This document shows positions 23,443 to 35,206 of a DNA stretch of 52,669 nt, piece by piece. This DNA comes from Trichosphaerium sp. ATCC 40318 (taxonomy: Eukaryota > Protista > Tubulinea). The DNA is taken from the NCBI GenBank assembly GCA_038496445.1, contig JALMLS010000445.1, positions 1-52,669 of the forward strand, given 5' to 3'. Under the pieces are notes generated by a model, which was given only the letters and a program-made list of their open reading frames with translations, had not been told where the DNA came from and did no database searches. Every line of letters starts with the position of its first letter. Within the stretch, counting starts at the first letter, position 1. A program made the translations under genes and the position numbers.

Positions 23443-26400
23443 ATGCGCAAAAAAGACCCTCGCATCACGTGTTTACGCTGTGGATCCAGAATACTCAAAA
23501 AACATTACGCTAAACATGTCAAGACAGCACTACACAAGTCTGGTGGTTATACCAGCAATGGCGGATACTACAAGCATTTAATCCCAGCTTTTAAATGCCA
23601 ACAACGCACAAATCAAGATACTTTTATCACGGAAAAGGAGAAAACGTGCTACTCAAAACCAAAACCGAATGCAAAGCTAGCACTCAAACCCCTGGACAAA
23701 CCTCAACCATTCAAATATCCTTCTAGATTGTGTGACGCTTCATTAGTTGAACCTGTGCCAATGTTGCCTGAGAGATTACCATCGAAGTCTCCATTTTACA
23801 ATACCACAGAACCCAAACTGGAGCATGCGATAAGTGAAAGGGTTATGTGGCGCTCAATAAAAAATGGAACCCCTGAAGAAAAGGTGTTGTGCCTCGTTAG
23901 AAAACTGCAGCTAGATAATCAATTGTCAGATGATAACGTTGGAATATGGCTGGATTTTATAAGATCAACAGCTCAACTGATGGTCAAAAGTGGCAAAAAG
24001 CAATTCAACTATGATCTTTTGACACCAAAAAGAGCCAAGGCCGCCTTCAAAGCTGTACGTAACAACTTACAGTTGTTGTAAAATTAATATTTCTTCTCAC
24101 TTGCAGTTTACACCTTCACTTGAACTGAAAGAAATGTCTGTCAGAGTGGATGTGACCAAAACCAAGAAATTGATGTTTATTCCGCCGTCACAATATATCA
24201 GACTGTTGGTATACAACCTGACAGACAGAGATGCCATCAATGACACATCTAAGTATCCTCACTATGTCTCCAAAATGGAATTGAAAGGAAAGACACAAAG
24301 GATCAGGATCATAGAGGGCCCAGACACTGCAGAACGCTACTACAAGTTGTATGAAGATGTGGAAAAAAAAAGTGAAAACATTTGGCTGGCAGGTGAGCGT
24401 GACAACTAGATGGGCAATTACTGACTTTCTTTTTGTAGTTTATTTATGCCACGATGACTTTACTTATGACAAAAAAGACAATGTGGGACCCATGTACATG
24501 GTCATATGGAACATGCCCAACAGTGGCACTATGCAAGGTGTGATGCCTCTGATGGTTTTACCATCCAAGATCATGATTGAAGATGCTGTAGATTATGTAG
24601 TAAAAGACTTGAATGCATTGCACTATGGCATAAAGTGTTATTGTTCTAAATTGGATAAGGTGCGCCAAAATTTACAACAAGCCTATGCTAAAACTATATC
24701 ATATTTGATAGACGTTCAATGTGTATGCTAGGCTTGAAAAAATAGTTGGAGATATGCCTGGAACTTGCAAGCTGCTGTGTACATAGCTCATTCTTTGATT
24801 TTGTACTTATGGTTTTATTTATGTACTACAGCTATAAAGAACCATGCAGCTAGTTTTCCCTGTCGAGTGTGCAAGATACCTAAACATAGTGTGCATAGTG
24901 GAGACGTCAAGGTTTGTCAGCTCAGAACTGCCAAAAAAGTCTTGGATTTGAAAGGTAATAGTGGACAAACAAATGAGGAGAAGTTGAAAGAGCTTTGTTT
25001 AAGAGATTGGGTATGCTTTTTTTGGGTTTTTTTTACTAACATTGCCACAGAGTCCATTTTTAACGCTTTCTAACTTTGACATTCATCAACATTCTCCCTT
25101 TTGCCCTTTTCACAATGTGCTGTTGGGTGTTTCCAAACCCATAATCAGTGCAACATTGGATTGGTTGCAAAGCCATAAGGGACGAAACTGCAGGAACTTG
25201 GTGAACAACCAAATGCAATGGTACAAGCGTCAAAAGCATGTACATCTTGTAAAGTAAGTTCTTGTGTTTATCTTTGCATGGTTTTTTCCTTATACATGTG
25301 TAGAACTAAAGAGTTGTGGGACAGCCATGGTGCACTCAACACAGAGCGCCAATGGGATGGCAATGACTTTAGGTCATTTTTACAGATGGCTTTGTTTGTT
25401 TTTAAGCCCTTAGTTTCTGATAAGATTATGGGGGTGTGGTAAGTGCTTTTCTAATTGTTTCATTGTAATTTAAATAATTTGTATCAGGAGGACCTTTTTG
25501 GAGTATGTGGCATTGATGTCTAGGGACTTTTTACAGTATGACAGGTTGAATGACATCACTGTCCAAGCCAAGCGATTGTTGAAAGAGGTGGCAGCATGTT
25601 TGCCAGGTGCAGCACTGTTTTTTTGCTATTTGGTGACACTCACTTAGAAGCCAACATCTCCACTCCAAATTGTCATGCGTTGCTTCACCATGAACAGCAT
25701 GTGAGAATGTTTGGCATGCCCAAACATTACAGGTATGGGCAATGCTGGTGATCTTATTTAATTTTGTTTTAGTACCTACAGTTGTGAATCTAGGCACATA
25801 AAAGTGAGAAATTGGAAGCATTCCACCAATGGATTGCACAAGGAGAAGTGCGTAGATTGAAACAATAGTTTTTTGGTGACTTTGACAATGACAATTGTTG
25901 TTTATTTTTTTATTACAGTGACATCATGGTGCGAGAGATGTTCATGTATGCCTCCTGTGCTTTAAAAGACTTGAGTGTTGTTAAAGTTCATGTTGAAGCC
26001 TGAAAGGCATTCACTGTGTCAGTGCCAGCATTTTGCAACATTCCACAGGCACAATGGACTTTGCGTAAGTGAAGTTTTTTTCCTGTAATTACTTTTTACA
26101 CAAAGTCTCCTTGTTGTAGATAATGCAACCTCAATGGAACTGAGCACAGAGTTGAGAGCAGCTTTGATGAGGGATGTTTGCAAAGAACAATATGGTGATT
26201 TGGAATCTTGTTCTGTGGTGGCCTACAAAAAAGCAAAATGTGCTGCTAGAGAAATGACGTTGTCTACCAAGAACAACACAAGCTTTAAAAGTTGGAGGCC
26301 GATTCATGGTGAAACCAGGAGCAATTGCATTTATTTAGAAACCACCCACATAGTGATGATGAGTGGTAATGTTTTTATTTTTGGCAGGTATTGTGGTTAT

Positions 26401-26673
26401 TTTATGTGATTGTTATTGACACAAATGCATGTAGGCTATTTGAGCTTTACAATCCACAAAAGAAATATGATGAAGCTACTAATTTGGTGGCATGCGTGTT
26501 TTTAAATATGTGCTGAATATCTTTTTGTTGATCTCAAAACAAGGTTGCAAAGTGTAGAAGGCTTGGCATGTGTACCTTTGAGCATGGTGTACAAGCAAGC
26601 CTGCTTAATACCAGATCCTGTTGTTTCTGGTATGTTTTTGGACAACTACTATCAATATGCAATACCTAATTAA
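23443..26673 (+). mobile_element. Intron-containing CMC-superfamily (CACTA/EnSpm, Plavaka/Mirage-like) DDE transposase with N-terminal C2H2 finger
   Basis: CLRC...HYAKHVKTALH (C2H2). YLCHDDFT...GPMYMVIWNMP (D1). IVGDMP...FPCRVC (D2 plus CxxC). FDIHQHSPFCPFHNVLLG (C/DxxH motif). TPNCHALLHHEQHVRMFGMP and SEKLEAFH (E). Last exon ends YYQYAIPN* at 26673. Some 3' exons appear frameshifted. Confidence 0.8.
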
Positions 26674-27379
26674 TATTGTAATTGTGCGGGTTGTGTGTTG
26701 AAGCACTTTTTTTACAATAAACAATGCACTTCTTTTTCTTTATTATTTCATTGGTAAATATTTTTTTATTTTAAGTGGCCGGCACTGAAATAGTAGCGAA
26801 ATATTTAAAAACAGTGAAATACGAATGAAATCATTATTATTTATCTTTTATTTCTTTGAAGTGAATTGGTACTGTAAGGTATAAGAGGGACTCAGTCAAT
26901 AAAAAAGTATTGTAACCTGACAGATGAACATGATTGTACATAATCTAGGATGAGACCACTATAAGTTGTTTTCTAGTATGGGTAGTAGGAGAGCACTTGC
27001 CAAAATAGTCAAAAAAATTATCACCCAAATCCACAAGTTGTCTTTGAAACGATATGGACATTACCTAAAGGACCATGAAGTAAGAGATTTGTCAGTGGGT
27101 TGGTACTACTTTTCGAATTGAATGAGCCATGATTGACTAAAAAAGTTAATGTTTGTAGCACAATAGCCAACGCACGGTTTTTTTTGGAGCTAAAGCAAAC
27201 CAAATTGTTTGTGGTCACGAGGCTTCTGCGAAATACAACATTCTTAGAAGGGTTTGAGAAAAGTGTAGCAAACCCACACGCATAGAAAGACATTCACGGA
27301 AAATAGCATTGTAAAAAAGACAGTCAATAAACTTCATTCAACCTAACAGAAAACACGTGCGTAAAAAGCTGAAAATATA

Positions 27380-28261
27380 ATGACTACAAAGACAAAATAC
27401 TGTGCTTTCCCCTCAGGACACGTTACAATCAACGAAACCGCCTGTGCTTGTTTACTACAACTGCCCACAGAGATATTAGCGCATATACTACGGCAAACAA
27501 CCAAATCACGATTTGCCGCTTGCCAGACCTGCCATTTGCTTGCATCTATCATCCATGATATTATTGGCTACGACACTATCATTGTTAGATGTGTAACGCA
27601 AGTGAAATCAGTTCTACAACATCAGGGCATTCTCAGACATACTAATATCGTACTTCGTGGTGATTGTTTTGATGACAATGTTATCAAAAAGTTTGCTGGC
27701 GTACACACTATAAATTTGAAACGCTGTGATGTAACAGATGAAGGTGTAAAAGCACTAGCCGGAGTGCATTCTATAAACCTTTCTAGAACTTCAGTGACGG
27801 ATGAAGGTGTTAAAGCGCTTGCCGGCGTTCATACAATTGACTTTTCTTTATGTAACAATCTAACTGATGAAGGTGTAAAAGCACTTGCTGGAGTTCATGC
27901 CATTAACCTTAGTTACACTTCAGTAACAGATGCAGGTGTAAAAGCACTAGCTGGAGTGCATTCTATAAACCTTTCTAGAACTTCAGTGACGGATGAAGGT
28001 GTTAAAGCGCTTGCCGGCATTCATACAATTGACCTTTTTTTATGTAACAATCTAACTGATGAAGGTGTAAAAGCACTTGCTGGTGTTCATACCATTAGCC
28101 TTTCTCACACTTTAGTAACAGATGAAGTTGTTAAAGCGCTTGCTGGTGTTCATACCATTAGCCTTTATCACACTTCAGTAACAGATAAAGGCATTGACGT
28201 GCTTATTGGAGTTCACAATATGTACCTTGGCACTGGGGCCAAATCACACTGCATTTTGTAA
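27380..28261 (+). CDS. Intronless F-box-like / LRR protein (paralog of 15021-16100)
   Basis: LLQLPTEILAHIL...ACQTCHLLASII followed by ~8 AGVHxIxLSxTxVTDEGVKAL-type repeats. Confidence 0.88.
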   Translation: MTTKTKYCAFPSGHVTINETACACLLQLPTEILAHILRQTTKSRFAACQTCHLLASIIHDIIGYDTIIVRCVTQVKSVLQHQGILRHTNIVLRGDCFDDNVIKKFAGVHTINLKRCDVTDEGVKALAGVHSINLSRTSVTDEGVKALAGVHTIDFSLCNNLTDEGVKALAGVHAINLSYTSVTDAGVKALAGVHSINLSRTSVTDEGVKALAGIHTIDLFLCNNLTDEGVKALAGVHTISLSHTLVTDEVVKALAGVHTISLYHTSVTDKGIDVLIGVHNMYLGTGAKSHCIL

Positions 28262-28446
28262 CAGATGAATAAACTAAGAAATAATTGGATTTGGTGTGAT
28301 TAGAAATCTTGAAACCAAAAAGAAAGAGCCTAGTTTAGAACACGTTTGCACTGAAAATAAATGAAATTTTGGGGTTTTTTTATCATTAGGTTTAAGTGCC
28401 CTTAATCTTCGGCCTGCTTGACTTAAATGGTCTCTAGAATGTCACA

Positions 28447-29834
28447 ATGCAAGACATACCTAACGAACTTTGGTATACTATCGCACTGAAACTATGCTAC
28501 GATGGATTCAAGACGTTTCGCAGAGTAAACAAGCGGTTTTTTTATTTATCACAACCAACACCTTTTGGTGAGGTACATTTGAAACCGCTGGTATTGTACA
28601 TACTGTATTTTAATGTTCTTTAGGCTTTTAAGAAGCATGAAGTTGTAGTAGTCAGGAAATGCCCGATTCAGGCTTTTACTAAAAGAAAAACGAACTGGAT
28701 ATGCCCTACGACGTTTGTACCAAAGATACTAACAAAAAAGATCACTTACGCTTGTGCAGGACCTTCCGGAAAGGTTACAAGACTTTTCAAATTTTTTTAA
28801 TGTTAAACTCACTATTGACTACCGCTTACTCTTGCTATTAGGTTTATGTTATAACTAATGGTAAAGGACCTTATATATTGAACGTTGATTCTGGTGAACT
28901 GTGTATAGATAAGAACTTCCCAGTGAGCGATAATAGAGTGGTCAGTATGGTTTATTCAGAAAAAAATGAAAGTACTTTTATATTTTTACTTAATCATTAC
29001 TATTCTCCTGGACTCTTAAAACAATCAAGAGGAGAAGATTGTGTATTCTTTATAACGCCAAGTACGCAATTACTTACTTTTCTACTAAAACTTTACATGT
29101 TCATATAATGTCAAAGTCTGAAGTCAACTACTACGTTTTTGTTAGAATAACTTTTTTTTTGTTGATTTTTTCTGTACCCACCCTCTTTTATCTATAACTA
29201 TGACACTGATAATTTTCCATTAAACCAAGGTTTTCTTATGATATTTGCACTTGACTAAGTCTAAACCTTAGAGGCTTATGCTTCACAACTGTTTTTTTGG
29301 GATACAGATGAGACTGTGTTAGTATCGTCAAATTCAAGAGATTTACAATTTTATAATTTTGACACACTCAAAGTCATTAAAACTATACGTCATGGTTGTA
29401 ATATCATTGCTTCTTGTAAGTATTACAAAGGTAGTTATGGGTTTAAACCAAAGGATGAAACATTGCTTAAATTGGGAGAAAATAATGAGAACATGAAATG
29501 TTCTTTCTCCACTCTCAAAGGATCAATACATGCCATGGCGAAGAGTGATAAAACAGACAGCGATGTATTCTTTATATTGGTTGTAGATGACGATAATCTC
29601 TATGTGTATAAACACATGAATAAGGCATTCATTCGTCTTAATCTTAGTTTGTGTTTGAAGAGATTTTCATCAGAGCAAAAACGTTTAATGAGGCGATGCA
29701 AAATGTCATGGGTTGGACAATATCTTTTTATAAGCTGTGGAGGGGAAGCATGGTACTATCATCCGACAAATGTGTTTTTTGAAGAACGTGAAATATCTAT
29801 AGGGTACATGTTTGAACACAAGTACATTCCTTAA
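28447..29834 (+). CDS. F-box protein with beta-rich (propeller-like) C-terminus, multi-exon
   Basis: MQDIPNELWYTIALKLCYDGFKTFRRVNKRFF (F-box). Downstream exons 28841-29060 and 29273-29834 are beta-strand-like. Apparent frameshift in a T-run at ~28540. Confidence 0.6.
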
Positions 29835-30002
29835 TAAAATGACGGTATTTATTTCTCAATGATATATACCTTGAATAACGTAATGCTAACATGACAAATC
29901 AGATTGCTAATAAGGAGCAAGCCTCAAGGATATAATAAGATAACTATCAAGATCATGTACAAGCTAAATTAATAATAACAGACGGTCTACCAGATCCACT
30001 GG

Positions 30003-31290
30003 TTATACATATTGTCTTGTATGTGAATATTCAGTCATTATTGACAACCTAAACTGTTTTTTTTTATTTGCGTCTATTGCGTCACAGGACGAGATAAATA
30101 TCTCCGCCATATCACAAATACAATAATTCACGACCAACCGTAGTACATGTTCATTAGACCAAGGAATGTATGAAGAACTGCACCAACATAAGTCAAATCT
30201 TTTGCAAAGAGGTTGTTTTGGAACAAATAAATGCCCATGTTTACAACATTGCTTACAGCCAACCATTTTGTGATGGCCTAGAAGGACTCAAATTAGTCCA
30301 ACGTTAACGTAGCATGTACATAAGACAAATTATAAATACCAACGTGCCTTTTGTCGATGTCTGTTGGTTTCACTGCTCGCGTATACGACCACACCTAGTA
30401 TTATCCCAGCGCTTCCCTGATGGATGTTAAAAAAGAAAAATTGTTAAGATTGAGGTTAGTTTACGGCATTCGTACCTGAAACACCTTAGTGGCGTCTAGA
30501 GTGATTATTGAAGCAAATAACACTATTCCACCCCAAAGAAACTCGAGGCAGCCATTAGTTGAGAGAACGCTCTTTAGACGCGGATCAAAAGCAAGTGAAT
30601 TCCCAATATGCAATGATTTCAGCTTTTCTTTAGCCAAGTACAGCTTATTATCCACTTCATCAAGCTCCTAGCAGACATGAATAAAATTAAAGTTTTGAAA
30701 GGATGGTACCTGCTCCTTTTTTTGTTCCAACCGAGCTTTTGGCAATTTTTGTGTACGGCTTCTATTTTTAACATACTTGTAATATAGTTCGACGTCAGGC
30801 ATATCGTGGTCACCAGGCCAAACAATCCCCTTTTTAGCCAAGGAAATGATTTTTTGACAAACTGCTTCAATCTGTTTGATGCATATATCAGCCTTTAGGA
30901 ATGAGTAACCGTTGTGACCACCATGGTGGTATTTTGACAGGTATAAGAATATTAGCTTTTCTACATGTTCGAACCCTGAAGCTATGGACGGGTATGTGTA
31001 GGAAGGTACGTTACTATTACAAAGAAAAGTAAGCATTAGATGGACGCGAGACTGCCGTCACAGTACCTGAAAAATGGCGGAACATGAAAGAGTTTGATTA
31101 TTTTTACCTCTGGTCCAATGTCTTTGAAATAACCTTTAAACCTATTTTGAAGAGTTGTTGTATTATTTGATGATCCCATGCGCACAGAGCTGGAACCAAT
31201 TCTAATAAAATACACTGCTCCGTCGGGAAATTCCTTCCATTCGTGAGGCTTCCAAAAACTTTTAAAGCTTCCGTCTGGGTAGGTTAACAT
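30003..31290 (-). CDS. GIY-YIG / T5orf172-like domain fused to a C-terminal multi-pass membrane domain
   Basis: GAVYFIRIGSSSVRMGSS...LQNRFKGY...VEKLIF. In-frame splices at ~31066-31010 and ~30710-30668 lead through ELDEVDNKLYLAKEKL into hydrophobic segments CLEFLWGGIVLFASIITL | GSAGIILGVVVYA | WLAVSNVVNMGIYLF..VGAVLHTFLGLM. Both ends uncertain. Confidence 0.55.
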
Positions 31291-31925
31291 TTCTATGTAG
31301 GTTCCTTAGATGAGTCTCCACAACTGCTGGTGCAGGTTCTTCTATTGTTGCTGGGTATGTACCTCTAGAAGGCAGGCTGAATCGGTTTTGGCTACACGTA
31401 ACGTTACGTGGGTTTTTTCAATTATTGCTATTCCGAGGAGATCTCTAGAGAGGTTGTGTAGGTTTTTTTTGTACTTTTTTATAAAAATTTTAAAAGTCAG
31501 CTTACACTTTTCACAGTGCACTTACTTTCAGCGTGTAAGTCGTGGTCCTACAGCTAGCGGATGGTTGTACAAGAGAAAATGGGTCAAAATGGAAACAAAT
31601 AGAGTCTAACGCACACCGCAAGAGTGTTCCTAAGTGTACGAAGCAGAAAATCAACAATAAGCCTTGAGAGACCAAACACTCAGTGAGTCCGAAAGTACTC
31701 CATACACTGCAAACAAGGGTATGTTGGCTGGCATTACTTTAACAAGATAATTAACTAGGTATTGATTTGGCGCTATTGCCAGTTGCTTGAAATGCCGTTC
31801 ACCAAAGAAATTGTGTTCCACACCAGGTTTTGAAAGCTTTGGTTTTTTTTGCCCATTTTTATCTTAATTGGGAGAAAAAAATGAGAATATGCAGTATTCT
31901 TCACTTTATCAGTACATGCCAGACA

Positions 31926-32070
31926 AAGAGTGATAAAAAGTGAGCTATTGTTATATTGGCTAGGGGTGTATAAACACGTGACCAAGGCATTAATCTGTCT
32001 TAATCTCAGTTTGTGGTTTTTGAATAGATTTTCATCAGAGCAAAAACGTTCTCTGAAGAAATGTAGAAAT
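31926..32070 (+). pseudogene. Degenerate duplicate of part of the last exon of the F-box gene at 28447-29834
   Basis: gtgtataaacacgtgaccaaggcattaatctgtcttaatctcagtttgtg...agattttcatcagagcaaaaacgtt matches 29603-29686 (YKHMNKAFIRLNLSL..RFSSEQKR). Confidence 0.8.
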
Positions 32071-32689
32071 AAATGTGTTAGCGCGCTTTCAGTGCACGGT
32101 TATATGTGCCACTGTAGGGACACGTCTTGTAATTTGTAATAAAGTGGAAATGTGTTGAAAATCGAAGAAATTAACTAGAGTAGCGTTATGCGAAGTATTT
32201 CACAGATACATGAGGTAGCTTGCATTCTACAGCGAGGTTATAGACACTCGCAATCCATCCTGAGAAACTAAATCTGGTGTTTGGGGCCCTTAAAAGAGCG
32301 TTTCAGGTTGAGCCGGAGAAGAAAATCTGAAGGTTCCAAAATTGTATTTGTTACGTTACCAAGACAAGATTGGTACACTTAACGCCCATTTTTGCGCTCC
32401 TGGCAGCCTATTTTTTTTTCTCCTTGAATAAGTATGACACCTTATGCATCAATGGTTCCTATGACTTACAGAAAACCAGGCTTACGTAGACCAGACGAGC
32501 TCAAGAAGTTACACCGCGTATCTCACCCTAATTTGAAAATGGTACGTAGATGATCACGTGTAGACGTCAACTACGCGAAAATTTCCAAACAAACCTAAAC
32601 TCTGTTGTTATTCTCTTTTTATGTATGTATACACGCTCTGGATACTCATAAAGAATTATTGAGCGCTGTTTTATGCCAATTGCTGTAGA

Positions 32690-33992
32690 ATGAGTAGTAT
32701 TGTGCTCCACAACTAATGTTATGAGTAGTCAGAATCATCAGAAGACTCAATATCGGCAGAAAACAACAAACAGGATTTATTGGCAAAAGTGCTCGTTGTC
32801 GGTTCGCGCTTTTACAACTTGTATGGTTACAACACAAGACACTAACGGTGAAACGTAGGTGATGTAGCCACGGGTAAAACTTCAATTATCAGTCGCTTCG
32901 CGCATGGCATTTTCTCCCACAGCTACAAGGCTACTGTAAGTACAATCTAACAGATTTTTCCGTTTTGTCACTTTAAACTCTTAAAAACCGTCAAAAGCAC
33001 TTGAAAAGGAAGAGAGATACAGAAATACAACGTGGAGTGCATTCAACTCACGTCGAAATTTGCTAGTAACATCAAAATGAACTCTTTTTTTTTTCTTTTT
33101 TTTCTTCGGCTGACGCTCTTTTAGATCGGCGTTGACTTTGCTTGGAAACCTGTCATTGTTGATGGCACCACTGTGAGGCTTCAACTATGGGTACAATTTA
33201 ATTTTTTTTAAAAGTCACGTGATTTTTATTAATGTTATTCTTAGGATATTGCAGGTTCGTTTTTTATCGTTTTATAATGGAAGTGAGTACGTATTAACAA
33301 AAGAATATTGCAGGACAGGAGCGATTTGGACACATGACAAGGGTACGTTGTCAAGGAGCTTTTTTGATTTTACAATAAAAAAGTTGATTTTCTTCACGAC
33401 TTGCTTCGCGCCCTACAGTTTGTTTTGGCTAGATTTATATTGAATTAATTATTTGATATTTGTAGGTGTACTATAAGAATTCATTGGGTGCTATGGTAGT
33501 ATGTGACGTTACAAGATTTTCAACTTTCGAAGCAGCATCAAAATGGCTTGAAGATTTAAAAGTCAAAGTGTTCTTCCCTGGTACTGAAGATCCTATTCCT
33601 ACCATACTTCTATTAAACAAGGTACATTAAACCATATTTTTCTTTTATTAAATGCGAAACATCACGTGTAGCTCTGTACGGAGAAACACTGACAAACTGT
33701 TTAGATTGACTTGAAAGAAAAAAGCGCTTTCACTAAAAGTAACTCTGAAATGGAACGTTATTGTCAAGAACATGGATTTCTCACATGGTTTGAGACATCC
33801 GCAAAGGATGATATCAATGTTACAGAATCTGCAGAATACTTAGTTAAAGCAGTAGTAAAGAAAGTAAAAGAAGTCCCAGAGAAAAAGAGTGAGGAAGAAT
33901 CAGATTCTGAAGAAGATCATATAGTTTTAGAAGAAAGAAAATCATCAAGTCCTGTAGCTCAACAAGAAGAGGAAAGCAAGTGCAAATGTTAA
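32690..33992 (+). CDS. Rab32/38/29-family small GTPase
   Basis: KVLVV|GDVATGKTS, YKAT|IGVDF, LQLW|DIA|GQERFGHMTR|VYY (WDIAGQE is diagnostic of the Rab32 group; DIA is a 10-nt micro-exon at 33245-33254), LLLNK|ID, WFETSAK, C-terminal CKC prenylation motif. Start codon choice tentative. Confidence 0.9.
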
Positions 33993-34082
33993 AGAATAAA
34001 GATGCTTTTTAGCGAGTAAAAATTTTATTGTGCACGTGATTACTCTTATCGCTAAGTGCGAGCTAAGCCGCAAAATAAAAAT

Positions 34083-35206
34083 TTATAATATTTTCCATCA
34101 GCTAAGCAAGATGACATGACAATAAGAATATACACGTGGTACTTACAAAAAGTGCTTAATGCGTTTGTAAATCAGTTCAAAATGCGTTTTTGGTTACCTG
34201 TAATAAACCTTGAAGATACAGTAATGTCCCTTTAAAAATAGACCACCAGGTACAAAGTTGTTTTGCGCAAACTTTGAGCCGTTGACTGTTACTCGCTTTT
34301 TTTGCCAATCGATATGGATGCCTCAACAGAGCAACCGTTGGTGTTTCGAATGCTGAATGAATCTAACTTCGGAGCTTCACAATTTTCTTTCCACCTGATG
34401 AGCGATACCTTGGAAGAGGTAACAAAATTTAATACAATCTCGCCTTCTAAAGTCACAATCAACAGTTATTGTTGTATTCTCACTGAATATAAGCTCCTCC
34501 TGATCCCAAGGTAAAATCACCTGAAATACAACACTGTTAGTGTTGCTAAAATTATACCTCTGTGTACCTCTAACTACCAGCTTATCTTCAAGGACACGTG
34601 TGTCTATTACAACCAAATCTTTTTGAACAACAACAATATCTCCATCACAAAAGCTGTCATCAAACACTTCCATTATGCAACCAAATCCAACGTTATCAAT
34701 ACTTCCCTAGTTATACAAGTATTAACAGGTAAAAGGCCTAGTGATAAATAATGTATGTTGAAGATGCGGACTGGATCATGGAAGGCACCAATATAGCAAT
34801 CTGAAAGTGTTGGCAAATTATTAGAAGTCTTATTAAAGCGAAACACTCTGTCAGAGATTAAATATTTCGTTGTCGCATTTGATATCCAAGAACGTGTAAA
34901 CGCCACTAAAACCTTCATAACAAATAAGCATAGATCTCTTGAGTTATACGGTTGAAATTTTCAACAAGCGATCACTTAGTTTGGGTAGTACGAACCTGTC
35001 TACTCACCCATTCATCCGAAGGGCAAAGCGTCTCCTGGACGGTTGCCACAACCAGCATACTTATTAGCGAACACTGTGTCAATCTTACAATCATTTTTAG
35101 ATTGAAAATATACCTTCTGGAACATTGTAATGCAATTGACTATGTAAGGGGATAGGCTGGAAACATGGAAAATACAATGTAGATTCAAAACAAAAATGAA
35201 CATCAA
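34083..35206 (-). CDS. Possible multi-exon hypothetical gene or relic
   Basis: Alternation of exon-like blocks (ORFs 34377-34673, 35012-35221) with GT/GC..AG intron-like stretches. No continuous model or domain recognised. Confidence 0.3.

Noticed and set aside
28240-28261. CaaX prenylation motif on the second LRR protein
   Set aside because: It ends SHCIL; the Cys is third from the end, not fourth.
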